A stretch of 64,000 bases of DNA. Source: Candidatus Obscuribacterales bacterium. Lineage in GTDB: Bacteria > Cyanobacteriota > Vampirovibrionia > Obscuribacterales > Obscuribacteraceae. Under the pieces are notes generated by a model. The model was not told the origin of the DNA, ran no database searches, and worked only from the letters and a program-made list of their open reading frames with translations. The position numbers and the translations under genes are program-made. Where the stretch lies: NCBI GenBank assembly GCA_965228855.1, contig CBDDIJ010000003.1, forward strand, positions 1,792,001-1,856,000, written 5' to 3'. Positions 34,467 through 45,392 of the stretch are shown here, one piece after another. Within the stretch, counting starts at the first letter, position 1. Each line of letters opens with the position of its first letter.

Positions 34467-37057
34467 TATTGCCGAGTATCTGGCGAAGTGCCTGCCATCG
34501 TCTGTGGTTGCGCGGTCATGTTTTTAGCCTTATGCGATGCGTAAGACAGAATCGCTTCGACCTGACCTAAATAATCGACGATGTAGCGAGCACGGAAGCC
34601 TCGCTGAATGAAAGCCTCCAGGCGGAGCCATTCTTTGACGGTGCTGTGCAGACTGGATACATCTTTCAGAGCAACATCAATCTCCTTCTCAGTAGATTTT
34701 TTATCGAGCGAATGCATAGCCTTTTGAAGCGACTCGATCTGGTTCAGAACATCATTCGTACTAGCTGTATCCGACAGGATGTGCGTTTTGGGGTCCTGCA
34801 AATAGCGATTAACCATTGCCGCAAAGTCATCAACGAGGAAACGGCTTGCGCGAATCGGCTCTGATTGCGGTGTTAATAGCGGTTGCTTGCGATAGGGACC
34901 GAGTTTCAAAACATTCAGTTTCTTATCGTCAAGGTGCGCGGCGGCGAACATTGTCGTTCCTAACGTTCCAGTCGAACGTGCAGTATCGAGTTGTTCGATC
35001 AATCCGGCCATGTCAACACGCATGATCGCAAGTCCTGGATAAACGAGCGTTTTATCCTGAGTCGATTCACGACAGAACTTCGCCATGTTCGAGAGGTCTT
35101 GTGGAGTGTGAGAGTACGTCATCGGATTGAGCGTATCAATCCAACCGTTCATAACCCACGTTTCCCAATCTTGCTGAATAGCATTGATACGCATTCGGCG
35201 AGGGAAAGCGTAGACGGCAACAGAGATACGCAGCTTCGGACGCTGCGAGCGAATCATCTCGGAAACTTCTTTCACGAGTTGGTTGACCTGATGAGTTTTC
35301 CAGGCGGTAAACAGTTCGCGAGTGCTGTCGTCCAGCCGGTCTAGAGACAAACCTGTTTCCTGCTCGAATCTGGTTCGGCTCATCCAGTTTAAACCGCACT
35401 CGCTGCCTTTGTTGTTAAACGGATAGCGGATGTAATCGAGTTGAATTCCATCAACCTGATACTTGGAGATGGTTTCTGAAATCAAGTCTTTAATGTACTT
35501 GCGGCAATCAGGATTCGATGCATCAAGCCAGTATTCATGCTGCTTTGGTGGAACCAGAGTACCAGTCGCGGTAGACAACGCCCAGGTCATGTCATGCTTC
35601 GAAAGTACCGGACCCGGATAGTCGGGATCTTTTCCGATGATGGGATTGTGCCTTGTGTTTCCAACTGCAAAACTCCAGAACCAGGCATGTATTTCCATGC
35701 CGCGTTTCTTAGCCTCGATGCAGGCAACACCAAGCGGATCCCAACCCTTTGTCTCCGGGTTCTGCTCCGTCATGTTGCTTGGATACATGGTGAATCCGGC
35801 GTTATTGGTTTCAAAATAAATGACGTTGATGCCTGATGCTTTGAGCTTATCGAATAGCTCGGTCATGCCCTTCGGACCTTTGCAGGCAACGATGGTCCCG
35901 CGGTCAAGCCAGACAGAGCGGGCTTCGACCGGGCGGACGGGCATAGCCTGACCGAATGCAAGCGCAAAGTACTGTCTTGCTTTTGCCAGATCTTGATCGG
36001 CTTCGTAGAACCGGCGGTCTTTATAGGCGGTATGGAAGGCAGCAACGTGCTTGAGAGCCGTATCGTAGTCGGACTGTATCGAGCGATAGGGTACGACAAA
36101 CTCGGCTTGTTTAGCCGTCTTGATGGTCTCTAACGTTCTATTTGACAGATAATCGAGTTCTTCCTTGATTGTTTGATACTCGGCATAACTGATTTGAACA
36201 GCTGCTTTCTGAGTGATACCAGGAGACAAATCGTCGAGCACCATGGAGATGTATCGCGAGTTCATGCCGATGTCGCCCTGCAGTCCTGGCGCCCAACCTA
36301 AGAAGGCTGCGTTTCCTTTGCGGACAACAGCGCTGCCAGGAGAATTGCCACCGGCGACATCCCATTTAGCGAGCGTCTTCGCGTCGGGTGCTACCACCAC
36401 CCGCGCCACCAGAGTTCCAACGGCAATATTGTCGCTCATCGGAAGAGGTGAGTTCGTCCATGTAAGCTTCGCCGGATCTTTGAAGTTAGTCTGTGAATCT
36501 ACTTTGACGCCGGCGAGTGCGCTCAATGCTACCGCGCCACTACCGGGAGTACCGCCACCATCCATGATGATAATCTTTCCGCCGCCGCGCGCGTAGTCAC
36601 TGAGACCTGATACCACCCCTGGTAGCAAGTCGACTAGCATCGGCACAATCACCGCGTCATACTTGGAAAGTTTTTCGCGCCCCATACCTGCATCGACATC
36701 GCCGAGTTCGTCGTAGCGAACGTTTGCTCCGCCCAACGTTCGTTTAAATTCGGCGTAGTCGTCATCATACGTACCGAGGTGTTGATCCTGGTAAACGTCC
36801 CGGTTGTGTTGGCTGTTTAACAGCCCCACCGGTGATTCCGCGAGTGCCACACCAGCAAAAAACACTGACAAAAACAAACCCAGAGCGGCGGAAAGCGTCA
36901 CCCTTAGTGTCGTCCGTTTTCCGAATGCCTTGAACACTGCACTCCTCCTGACAAAATTTCTCGCCCAGCGAAAGCCGTCTCGCGTGTTTCTACAACATAA
37001 GACTTTACTGGTTTCTCTTAGACCTTGCATTATTGAACTATTCGCTTTGATTTTCAT
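34466..37057 (-). CDS. GHL10/DUF187 (YddW-like) glycoside hydrolase with N-terminal GATase-like domain
   Basis: EARSVWLDRG, WDPL, EIHAWF, WLDASNP, DGIQLDYIRYP, QQDW, PMTY. The true start is probably downstream of 37057. Confidence 0.85.
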   Translation of the reverse strand: MKIKANSSIMQGLRETSKVLCCRNTRDGFRWARNFVRRSAVFKAFGKRTTLRVTLSAALGLFLSVFFAGVALAESPVGLLNSQHNRDVYQDQHLGTYDDDYAEFKRTLGGANVRYDELGDVDAGMGREKLSKYDAVIVPMLVDLLPGVVSGLSDYARGGGKIIIMDGGGTPGSGAVALSALAGVKVDSQTNFKDPAKLTWTNSPLPMSDNIAVGTLVARVVVAPDAKTLAKWDVAGGNSPGSAVVRKGNAAFLGWAPGLQGDIGMNSRYISMVLDDLSPGITQKAAVQISYAEYQTIKEELDYLSNRTLETIKTAKQAEFVVPYRSIQSDYDTALKHVAAFHTAYKDRRFYEADQDLAKARQYFALAFGQAMPVRPVEARSVWLDRGTIVACKGPKGMTELFDKLKASGINVIYFETNNAGFTMYPSNMTEQNPETKGWDPLGVACIEAKKRGMEIHAWFWSFAVGNTRHNPIIGKDPDYPGPVLSKHDMTWALSTATGTLVPPKQHEYWLDASNPDCRKYIKDLISETISKYQVDGIQLDYIRYPFNNKGSECGLNWMSRTRFEQETGLSLDRLDDSTRELFTAWKTHQVNQLVKEVSEMIRSQRPKLRISVAVYAFPRRMRINAIQQDWETWVMNGWIDTLNPMTYSHTPQDLSNMAKFCRESTQDKTLVYPGLAIMRVDMAGLIEQLDTARSTGTLGTTMFAAAHLDDKKLNVLKLGPYRKQPLLTPQSEPIRASRFLVDDFAAMVNRYLQDPKTHILSDTASTNDVLNQIESLQKAMHSLDKKSTEKEIDVALKDVSSLHSTVKEWLRLEAFIQRGFRARYIVDYLGQVEAILSYASHKAKNMTAQPQTMAGTSPDTRQ

Positions 37058-37129
37058 TAACCTTGATCACAACTCGATCTCGAGTGATATCGAAAAGACA
37101 TACAGAACCGAAAAGAACCAGGGAAACCA

Positions 37130-37651
37130 TCAATAGCGCTGCGACTTCACGACCCGTTCCAGTTGTCGCTGAGAATCACGTTTTGAAATTGTGTCGCGCT
37201 TGTCGTGCAATTTCTTACCTCTACACAAGCCCAGAGCGATTTTTGCGCGGTTGTTTTTAAAATACAGCTTCAGAGGAATCAAGGTTAGCCCTTTCTCCTG
37301 AACTTTGGCTTTCAGCCTGCGAATCTCGTATTTGTGCAGAAGCATGCGCCGTTTGCGGTCAGGGTCGTGGTTGAAACGATTGCCATGGTCATAAGGGGAG
37401 ATATGACAGCCGTAAAGCCAGACCTCGCCTGCTTCGATACGCGCATGCGCATCCTGCAAGTTAGCGAGCCCCTGCCGCATCGACTTAACCTCGGTGCCGA
37501 CCAGTGCCAGACCGCATTCCAGCGTCTCCAGCACTTCATATTCGAAGCGCGCGCGTTTGTTATCAGTGATCACCTTTATCGTGTCAGCCTTCTCGGCCGG
37601 CGCGGACGGTTTTTGAGTCGGGGCGGTTGGGTTCGATTTTTTCTTGGACAT
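37130..37651 (-). CDS. smpB: SsrA-binding protein SmpB
   Basis: NKRARFEYEVLETLECGLALVGTEVKS, RKRRMLLHKYEI, GKKLHDKR. Confidence 0.97.
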   Translation of the reverse strand: MSKKKSNPTAPTQKPSAPAEKADTIKVITDNKRARFEYEVLETLECGLALVGTEVKSMRQGLANLQDAHARIEAGEVWLYGCHISPYDHGNRFNHDPDRKRRMLLHKYEIRRLKAKVQEKGLTLIPLKLYFKNNRAKIALGLCRGKKLHDKRDTISKRDSQRQLERVVKSQRY

Positions 37652-37894
37652 GGTGAATGGACGAGCGTGTTAAGAACCGGTGAGCACTCGGCAAAGCGCG
37701 GCAAGAGCCAAACAGCCCGCAGAGTCGCTCTTTCTGAGACCGAGTTCCGGCAGACAACTGTTATCTATGTCAGTATAAATGGTATGTAGCTGTTGTGGGG
37801 AAACGTGGCGCAAAGAGTCAGACAGTCCCACTTGGCAGCCGTGATATGATGAAGGCGAAAGCTTCGTCTCGAATACCAGGAATCGCTGACGCAG

Positions 37895-39022
37895 ATGATC
37901 AAGATTCAACCGTTCCTCCCAGTAGACTCAACGCAAGTAAAGGCGCTGCTCCGTCATCAAAACGAGCCCGTGCCGTACGAGAGCTTCTGCCAGGAAGATC
38001 GTGTTCTGAATTCCGGCATGACCTTCTGGCAGCACTGGATTCCATGCGGATTGCACGTCGGTCCGTCCGTTTACGTCGCTAAAGAAGATAACGTCGTCCT
38101 GGGTTTAATCTCAGTGGACACAAACGGCCGCAGTCACAATTGCTGGCGAGTAGATCACCTTGTGGTCCATCCTCAACATCGAGGACGCGGCATCGCACAG
38201 GAACTTTTGAGATTCGCGCTGGCCTATTTCGGCAGCCAGGGAATCGCCCATTTCGTTATGGAAGTGTCGGATCAGAATTCGGCAGGTCTTGCGCTTTTAG
38301 GCTCATGCGGCTTTCGACGCTGCACCAAAGTAACTTACTATCAGGTTCCCCTCGATCTCGAAGACAGACAGGGCAATACCACAGATGGTGACGTTTTCCG
38401 CCTGGCGGTTCCAACAGACAGAAACAAGATTTACGACCTTTCGCAAGACGTCATACCGCTGGATTTAAGACGCATCTTCGATTACGTCGCCGATGACTTT
38501 CATGTCGCAGAATTGAAACTGGAAGGTCTCGATAAGCTATCGAAGCGCCTCTTGCGTACTCGCCGATGGTACTGGGTAAAAGAGCAACCAGAGCGCGGCG
38601 TCATTCCATGCGCCATTCAAGTAACTGCGCATCGGGAAGGCGACTATCACCTCGAATTTTTCGTCCATCCGGGCTGGTCTCACATGGCTCCAGAGGTCAT
38701 CGACTTCGTGCTTACGTTCATGAAACGCGCCGGCATGAAGGGAATGGTGATGATCAAGGTGTACGATTTCCAGAAAGAGGTCATGGAAGCCGTTGAGAAC
38801 GCTGGATTAGAACGGATGGGCAGCTTCGGTCTATACGCCCGCGAACATTGGAAACGCGCAAAGAAACCGAAGACAGCAATGCTGGAGAACGTTCAACTCA
38901 ATCTCGGCAGGCCGGCAGTCAATATTCCGTTCGTCGCCGGCGCTGATGGCGCAAGCATGATCATGGATCTGGACTTCGAATATCGCCGCCTGGAAGGCTT
39001 TGACCAGACAGACGACTCCTGA
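37895..39022 (+). CDS. GNAT acetyltransferase (tandem GNAT-like)
   Basis: LVVHPQHRGRGIA acetyl-CoA motif, NSAGLALLGSCGF; second degenerate domain (FVHPGW). Confidence 0.82.
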   Translation: MIKIQPFLPVDSTQVKALLRHQNEPVPYESFCQEDRVLNSGMTFWQHWIPCGLHVGPSVYVAKEDNVVLGLISVDTNGRSHNCWRVDHLVVHPQHRGRGIAQELLRFALAYFGSQGIAHFVMEVSDQNSAGLALLGSCGFRRCTKVTYYQVPLDLEDRQGNTTDGDVFRLAVPTDRNKIYDLSQDVIPLDLRRIFDYVADDFHVAELKLEGLDKLSKRLLRTRRWYWVKEQPERGVIPCAIQVTAHREGDYHLEFFVHPGWSHMAPEVIDFVLTFMKRAGMKGMVMIKVYDFQKEVMEAVENAGLERMGSFGLYAREHWKRAKKPKTAMLENVQLNLGRPAVNIPFVAGADGASMIMDLDFEYRRLEGFDQTDDS

Positions 39023-39100
39023 GAAAGCTGGTGGAAGTTTAACCCAACTACTATATAGGGAACGTTGACTGAATCGCGTGTTCTATTCGAGGAGTTTTTC

Positions 39101-40132
39101 ATGGCAGTAAAAAAGTATGGCGTCCCAGGAATTCCCGGCTTCACACCAACGACAGCAAGGAATGCTGCGGTTTTCGCAGGCTTGACGCTCATGCTTCTCT
39201 CCAGCGTTCCAGCCTCTCAAGCCCAGGCGCCGAAGGATAAACAGAAAGAGTCCACGTCAGACAACGCCTCCAAGAGCGGAAAGCAAGCAAAATCGGCTGA
39301 CGAAGCGGCTGTGAAACAGGACGAGCATCTCACTCTCGGACCGGCTACAGTCAGGCTAGGCACTCTGCTCGCCAATCTTGAGCTTCCGGCTGGCTACATA
39401 TTCGTAGATAAAGAGGAAGCCGAAAAATTTCTGAAGGCACAAGGAAGCTCGCCTGAAGGTATTCTTGGCATCATTGCTCCGGCTGATCAAAAGAAAGATG
39501 GTTCATTCGTCGTAATCTGCCGCTTTGAAGACGTAGGCTACGTCAAGGACGACGACGCAGACAAAATCAAACCTGATGAGATTCTCAACTCATACAAGGA
39601 AGGGACGCGCGATCAAAACGAAGAACGCAAGGAATTGAACCTTCCGCCGATATTCGTGGGAGGCTGGGCTGAAAAACCGCACTATAAAAAAGACTCGCAC
39701 CAGGTGATCTGGGGAATCGAGGTTAAAGACGAAGACCGCGCCGAAGCCCCCGTTCAGGACATCAACTACAACACACGCATATTAGGAAGACGTGGCGTTC
39801 TATCTTTGAACCTCGTCACCTCACCTCAGGAACTGGAGTCGAACAAAAAGAAAGTCGCTCAATTGCTTGACGCGACAACGTTTGTGAAGTCTCAAACCTA
39901 TGCAGACTACGATCCTGCCACCGATAAGAAGGCGGAGTACGGCCTCGCCGGTTTAATTCTTGGCGGCGGCGCAATGGCAGCAGCAGCTAAGTTTGGCATC
40001 TTTGGCGCGCTTGGCAAATGGCTGATCGGCATCGTGCTTGTTTTCAAGAAATTCGCCATCGTCGCGATCGCCGGTGTTGGAGCGCTTATCGCGAAGCTGT
40101 TTGGCAAGAAAAACAAAGACGAGCAACAGTAA
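39101..40132 (+). CDS. DUF2167 family membrane-anchored protein
   Basis: GYVKDDDA, GWAEKPHY, INYNTRILGRRGVLSLNLV, DKKAEYGLAGLILGG; SD GAGGAG. Confidence 0.88.
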   Translation: MAVKKYGVPGIPGFTPTTARNAAVFAGLTLMLLSSVPASQAQAPKDKQKESTSDNASKSGKQAKSADEAAVKQDEHLTLGPATVRLGTLLANLELPAGYIFVDKEEAEKFLKAQGSSPEGILGIIAPADQKKDGSFVVICRFEDVGYVKDDDADKIKPDEILNSYKEGTRDQNEERKELNLPPIFVGGWAEKPHYKKDSHQVIWGIEVKDEDRAEAPVQDINYNTRILGRRGVLSLNLVTSPQELESNKKKVAQLLDATTFVKSQTYADYDPATDKKAEYGLAGLILGGGAMAAAAKFGIFGALGKWLIGIVLVFKKFAIVAIAGVGALIAKLFGKKNKDEQQ

Positions 40133-40405
40133 AACGATAGTTTTCTCAGAAGAAACTAATCAAAAACAGCCGGAATCATTGCAGCATTTGTAAAGGAATT
40201 GCGAAAAGGGCGGTACTGCGCCCGGCAGATCTGATAGGCTTGCAGATCGCCGAGTGAAGCCGGTCTGAATCTTCAGACAGAGCAATTCTGTTTGGAGGTG
40301 GGCGGCGGATTTGGTATCATGTCCGTTCGCTCAACCAATTTAGAGCCGTAAGATAGTTCAAAATACCGTCGGTTAGCGGTTTTTAAGATACTCAGGAGAT
40401 ATCTG

Positions 40406-40807
40406 GTGCCAACCATCAACCAACTTATTCGCCACGAGCGCAAGAAGGTCACATTCAAGACCAAGTCGCCAGCCCTCAAGTCCTGCCCTCAGCGCAGGGG
40501 TGTTTGCACGCAAGTGAAAACAACCACACCTAAGAAGCCCAACTCGGCACTCAGAAAGATTGCCCGGGTGCGCCTCACCAACGGCATTGAAATTACGGCC
40601 TACATTCCAGGCATCGGACACAACTTGCAAGAGCACAGCGTTGTTCTCGTAAGAGGCGGTCGGGTCAAGGACCTGCCGGGTGTTCGCTATCACATCGTCC
40701 GCGGTGCTCTCGACACAGCAGGTGTCAAGGATCGCAAACAAGGACGCAGCAAGTATGGTGCTAAGCGCGCTAAACCAGGCGCAGCTAAGCCGGGCGCTAA
40801 GAAGTAA
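40406..40807 (+). CDS. rpsL: 30S ribosomal protein S12
   Basis: [40 protein letters not shown]. Confidence 0.99.
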   Translation: MPTINQLIRHERKKVTFKTKSPALKSCPQRRGVCTQVKTTTPKKPNSALRKIARVRLTNGIEITAYIPGIGHNLQEHSVVLVRGGRVKDLPGVRYHIVRGALDTAGVKDRKQGRSKYGAKRAKPGAAKPGAKK

Positions 40808-40853
40808 GCGCGAAATAGTTTTCGGTTAAGGACTTTGTTTTAGGAAACGAGTT

Positions 40854-41324
40854 ATGTCAAGAAGAAATGCGGCAACTAAGCGCCTTCCCCCTCCAGATCC
40901 GGTATACGATAGCCCGACGATTCAACGCTTCGTAAACCGCATGATGCAACGCGGAAAGAAAAGTACAGCACAAAGACTTTTCTATAACGCTCTCGAAATC
41001 ATCGCTGATAAAACCAAACAAGAAGCGCTCGACGTCTTCAACAAGGCTCTTAAGAACGTAACCCCGCTGGTCGAAGTAAAAGCTCGCCGCGTCGGTGGTT
41101 CTACATACCAGGTACCGGTCGAAGTAAAAAGTTCCCGCGGCGTCGCACTCGCAACGCAATGGATCATCACCAACAGCCGTAAGCGTGGTGGCAGATCGTT
41201 TGCAGAGCGCCTCTCGGCTGAACTTATCGATGCCTCAAACGGCGCCGGTGCTTCAGTGAAGAAGCGTGACGACACCCACAAGATGGCTGAAGCCAACAAA
41301 GCGTTCGCGCACTACCGTTATTAA
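40854..41324 (+). CDS. rpsG: 30S ribosomal protein S7
   Basis: RRVGGSTYQVPVEV, MAEANKAFAHYR. Confidence 0.99.
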   Translation: MSRRNAATKRLPPPDPVYDSPTIQRFVNRMMQRGKKSTAQRLFYNALEIIADKTKQEALDVFNKALKNVTPLVEVKARRVGGSTYQVPVEVKSSRGVALATQWIITNSRKRGGRSFAERLSAELIDASNGAGASVKKRDDTHKMAEANKAFAHYRY

Positions 41325-41357
41325 AGAATACGGGCGCCACAAGCTCCCGTAACCCGC

Positions 41358-41383
41358 AAAAGCCTGGATTTATCCAGGTTTTT
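41358..41383 (+). terminator. Putative terminator after rpsG
   Basis: AAAAGCCTGGA-TTTA-TCCAGGTTTTT. Confidence 0.55.
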
Positions 41384-41805
41384 CCGTATAAACGACCTTT
41401 TTGGTTTCAAATTCGGTATAACGATGATTGGTTTGAGTTTCTAAGAAAACACAGGCTCTTTTATCGAAGAACGGTTCGAAATCTAAAGGCGTAGCACTGG
41501 AAGGTCGCTGCGCTTTACATCAAAAGTGCAACGAGTTTCGTCCTGATGCCACCAAGCATACCGATCCTATACTGCCGGGATCGCGCATGGCAGGCTCTTC
41601 TCGAAAGGTTCTTGAAATTTGCGATTTTTCGTCCACTCACCCTGAAGGTGTTCCAGCGACGGTGAATTGTAAAGATCAGATCTGAAGGAAGTTGGTGATT
41701 CAGACGAATTATTGAAAACCCGTGTTACTTTCTCAAATGGTGATTTTCAGTACTCTTCCTGAAGATGACCTTGTGGACTCGAATCTATTACAGGGCAGCA
41801 GAAGT

Positions 41806-43938
41806 ATGGCTATGGTTATGAATGAAAAGGGCTCCGGCGTGACATCAAGATTGGACAATCTTCGCAACATGGGGATTGCCGCACACATCGACGCAGGCAA
41901 AACAACTTGCACGGAAAGAATTCTGTTCTATAGCGGTCTTATCCACCGCATGGGAGAAGTGCACGAAGGCACCTCCGTTACGGACTGGATGGAGCAAGAG
42001 CGCGAGCGTGGTATCACAATCACGGCTGCTGCCATCACTTCCGAGTGGAAAGGCCACAGAATCAACTTGATCGACACCCCTGGACACGTTGACTTCACTG
42101 TTGAAGTTGAGCGCTCCATGCGGGTTCTGGATGGCGTTGTAATCGTTCTTTGCGCAGTTGCCGGTGTGCAACCGCAAACTTTGACGGTTTGGAAACAAGC
42201 AAACCGCTACCAAGTTCCGCGTATGATTCTCGTCAACAAAATGGACCGTCAAGGTGCTGATTTCTTCCGCGTTGTGAAGCAAGTCAAAGAAAACCTTCCT
42301 GGTCTTCACTCCACCTGGGCTAATGCGCATCCACTGCAAATGCCTATCGGTGCTGAAGCCAATTTCATCGGTATCGTCGATTTGCTCGAGCGCACTTCGG
42401 TCATCTACGAAGAAAACGATCCGCTCGGCAAAAATGCTAAGTACGGCGACATCCCTGGCGACATGAAAGATGAAGCCGAAGTATGGCGTGGTCAACTCGT
42501 CGAAGCTATCGTCGAAACCGACGATGAGCTGATGGCGAAATACCTCGAAGGTGAAGAATGCTCGCCTGCTGAACTCAAAGCTGCACTTCGTCAAGCAGTC
42601 ATCAACAACCAGATCGTTCCGATGCTCTGCGGTTCCGCATTCAAAAACAAAGGCGTACAGCCGCTCCTCGACTACATCGTCGACTTGCTGCCCTCGCCGG
42701 TTGAAGCAAAAGCAATCAAAGGCATCCTGCCGAACGGCGAAGAAGCTGAAAGACCTTCAGATGAAACCGCTCCGTTCGCCGGTCTCGCTTTCAAAGTTAT
42801 GAACGACCCCTTCGTCGGTAAGCTGACCTTCGTCCGCATCTACAGCGGCAAGATTACCGCTGGCTCCTACGCTCTCAACAGCACAAAGGGCAAGCGCGAA
42901 CGTATCAGCCGTTTGATTCAGCTCCAGGCTGACCAACGTACTGATATCCAGGAAGCTTACGCAGGAGACATCGTTGCTTGCGTCGGTTTGAAAGACACCA
43001 CCACTGGTGACACTCTCTGCGACGACTCGAAGCCGATCATCCTCGAATCGATGAACTTCCCTGATCCGGTTATCTCGGTCGCTATCGAACCGAAGACCAA
43101 AGCAGACAACGATAAGCTCGGTGGCGCTCTCTCCCGTCTCGTTGAAGAAGACCCGACCTTCAAGGTCCGCGTCGATCACGAAACCGGTCAGACCATCATC
43201 GCTGGTATGGGTGAACTTCACCTTGAAATCATCGTTGACCGTCTGCTTCGCGAATTCAAAGTCGAAGCGAACGTCGGTAAGCCGCAAGTTGCGTACCGCG
43301 AAACCATTCGCAGTTCCGCAAAAGCAGAAGGCAAATTCGTCAGACAGACTGGTGGTCGTGGTCAGTTCGGACATTGCTGGCTCGAAGTCGAAGCTGGCGA
43401 ACCCGGCTCCGGCATCGTATTCGTCAACAAAATCGTTGGCGGCGCGATTCCGAAAGAATACGTACCTGCTGTTGAAAACGGCGTAAGAGAAGCTTGCGTA
43501 GGCGGTGTCTATGCCGGTTATCCGATCATCGACGTCAAAGTCACCTGCTACGACGGTTCGTTCCACCCTGTTGACTCCAACGAAATGGCGTTCAAGATCG
43601 CTGGTTCGATGGGCTTCAAGGATGGTTTCAACAAAGCGAAGCCGGTGCTCCTCGAACCTATGATGAAAGTAGAAGTCGAAGTTCCGGAAGACTACATGGG
43701 AGACGTCATCGGCGACCTCTCAGGACGTCGTGGACGCATCGACGGCATGGAAACCATCGACAAATTGTCGAAGGTCAGAAGCCATGTTCCGCTGTCTGAG
43801 ATGTTCGGCTATGCAACCGACATCCGCAACAAGACCCGCGGTCAAGGTACCTTCACAATGGAATTCGCTAACTACGAAGAAGTGCCGTCAAACCTGGCGA
43901 CTCAAATCATCTCTGCTGGCAAAGAGAAGAAAGACTAG
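41806..43938 (+). CDS. fusA: Elongation factor G
   Basis: [49 protein letters not shown]; strong codon bias. Start is one of 41806/41812/41818. Confidence 0.98.
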   Translation: MAMVMNEKGSGVTSRLDNLRNMGIAAHIDAGKTTCTERILFYSGLIHRMGEVHEGTSVTDWMEQERERGITITAAAITSEWKGHRINLIDTPGHVDFTVEVERSMRVLDGVVIVLCAVAGVQPQTLTVWKQANRYQVPRMILVNKMDRQGADFFRVVKQVKENLPGLHSTWANAHPLQMPIGAEANFIGIVDLLERTSVIYEENDPLGKNAKYGDIPGDMKDEAEVWRGQLVEAIVETDDELMAKYLEGEECSPAELKAALRQAVINNQIVPMLCGSAFKNKGVQPLLDYIVDLLPSPVEAKAIKGILPNGEEAERPSDETAPFAGLAFKVMNDPFVGKLTFVRIYSGKITAGSYALNSTKGKRERISRLIQLQADQRTDIQEAYAGDIVACVGLKDTTTGDTLCDDSKPIILESMNFPDPVISVAIEPKTKADNDKLGGALSRLVEEDPTFKVRVDHETGQTIIAGMGELHLEIIVDRLLREFKVEANVGKPQVAYRETIRSSAKAEGKFVRQTGGRGQFGHCWLEVEAGEPGSGIVFVNKIVGGAIPKEYVPAVENGVREACVGGVYAGYPIIDVKVTCYDGSFHPVDSNEMAFKIAGSMGFKDGFNKAKPVLLEPMMKVEVEVPEDYMGDVIGDLSGRRGRIDGMETIDKLSKVRSHVPLSEMFGYATDIRNKTRGQGTFTMEFANYEEVPSNLATQIISAGKEKKD

Positions 43939-43966
43939 CCGCCTGAAGCGGATAAATAAACATCGG

Positions 43967-43996
43967 AGGCCGGTTGACAATCAACCGGTCTTTTTT
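43967..43996 (+). terminator. Intrinsic terminator after fusA
   Basis: GGCCGGTTGA-CAA-TCAACCGGTC followed by T6. Confidence 0.85.
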
Positions 43997-44147
43997 GTGC
44001 GACACCAAAAGCTGCGCCAGGTCTTGGTTCGATCGAAGCCTTGAAGGTTATTTCGCCTCCACTGACAATTGGGAAAGGCTTGCAAATGGGGTACCATTTC
44101 TATGGACGGAACTTCCGAGTTTCATCGATTCCCACCCAGGAGATGTC

Positions 44148-44561
44148 ATGAAGTATCTGCATAGCGGCTACATTCTATTCTGCGAAAAAGCTGAACACGA
44201 CGACTGCGGCATGTTGAATGTCTACGGTCTATTCGACGTCCTCGAGGTCGCGGAGATACCCTCGATGATGAACTGCAACTGGGTGGTTGGATTCGGCACA
44301 CCTTACGAGCGCCGCACCTACAAAGGTCAGCTCACGGTCGAGAATCCCAAAGGCGAGCAAGTTTTAGTTCAAGAATTTGCGGCGAACGACCCCAACGACA
44401 TTTATAAGGGTCACTACGTGTTCAAGCCGGAGATAAATGTCGACCAGGAAGGCGCCTGGACGGTCAAAGTAGTTCTGCGCAATTGGAAAGACGAAAATAT
44501 GTGGGACATCGAGCGCCAGTTCTGGTGCATGCTCGAGTCGGACAGCCCGCCAGATCCATAA
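44148..44561 (+). CDS. Hypothetical beta-sandwich protein (DUF6941-like)
   Basis: AGGAG SD before MKYLHSG; LFCEKA..G.LNVYGLFD, EGAWTVKV. Confidence 0.7.
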   Translation: MKYLHSGYILFCEKAEHDDCGMLNVYGLFDVLEVAEIPSMMNCNWVVGFGTPYERRTYKGQLTVENPKGEQVLVQEFAANDPNDIYKGHYVFKPEINVDQEGAWTVKVVLRNWKDENMWDIERQFWCMLESDSPPDP

Positions 44562-44567
44562 AGATCG

Positions 44568-45392
44568 CTAGCAAAAATTCAAAGTGTTAAACGAGGAGAG
44601 CGCCGGAAATAGTTCAGCACTCTTGAACTTGTGCGATGCCCGAAACTTTTGCGCTAAGGTTTTATACATTTGTCGAAAATCAATTTCGTCACTATATATG
44701 CCACCACTCACGCCACGTCCGACGGCAAACATCAGTCCGTTGCCACCGTGATCGGTACCACCCATCTCGTTCTCAAGCAGACTTCTCCCGAACTCTGAAT
44801 AGACCAGTATCAAGTCATCTGCTGTCGACTGACGCACAATTTTATCGATTAAAACTGAAAGACGACGAAGCGCCGCATGGTGCTGCGGTTTTTGCTCCGA
44901 GTGCGTGTCGAAACCATCAAGTGTGATGAGCGAAACGTGCTTACTTGCCGGCGCAAACCAGTCGTCACAATCAATTGAACCGGGCTTGCCGGTCCGCCAG
45001 ATTTCACTTGCGCGCTCATGCGACATGGTCAACCCATCACGGCAGCCGGTATTAGGAAAAGCTGCAACCATGCCGGTTCTGAACAGTTCAGCGACTTCCT
45101 TAAGCGCCGAATTAAATGCGTATTCGCCACTCACCTTAACGAGCTCGTCACCATGCAATGCGATCGTCGGTCTGCTCTTGTAGTACGCCAGTGAAGAATA
45201 TGGAACCAGGGTATTGATACCGTCATTGCCACCACTGAGGTGGATGATAGTCAGGTTTAAACACTGTCTAACTTCCGGCAATACCAGCGGTGATGCAATG
45301 GCCGATGGCGCGAAGAGCGCAGCTGCTCCTGCGACTCCTGTGATAAACTTTCGGCGTGAAATCTGTGACTTCCGATTCAAGGCGTTTTTCAA
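44568..45392 (-). CDS. Tat-exported DUF1501 family protein (short form)
   Basis: SRRKFI; LSGGNDGINTLVPY, SH, GFDTH, YSEFGR, GTDHG, DFRQMY. Confidence 0.8.
   Translation of the reverse strand: MKNALNRKSQISRRKFITGVAGAAALFAPSAIASPLVLPEVRQCLNLTIIHLSGGNDGINTLVPYSSLAYYKSRPTIALHGDELVKVSGEYAFNSALKEVAELFRTGMVAAFPNTGCRDGLTMSHERASEIWRTGKPGSIDCDDWFAPASKHVSLITLDGFDTHSEQKPQHHAALRRLSVLIDKIVRQSTADDLILVYSEFGRSLLENEMGGTDHGGNGLMFAVGRGVSGGIYSDEIDFRQMYKTLAQKFRASHKFKSAELFPALSSFNTLNFC

Noticed and set aside
37130..37895. tmRNA gene beside smpB
   Set aside because: No tRNA-Ala-like ends or tag reading frame seen near smpB.
41530..41552. GGACGAAAC (minus strand) and CTGATG suggesting a hammerhead ribozyme
   Set aside because: No CTGANGA core with stems on the same strand as GAAA.
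41845..43566. Long minus-strand ORFs (249 and 269 aa) within fusA
   Set aside because: Antisense frames kept open by the strong codon bias of fusA; no protein motifs.
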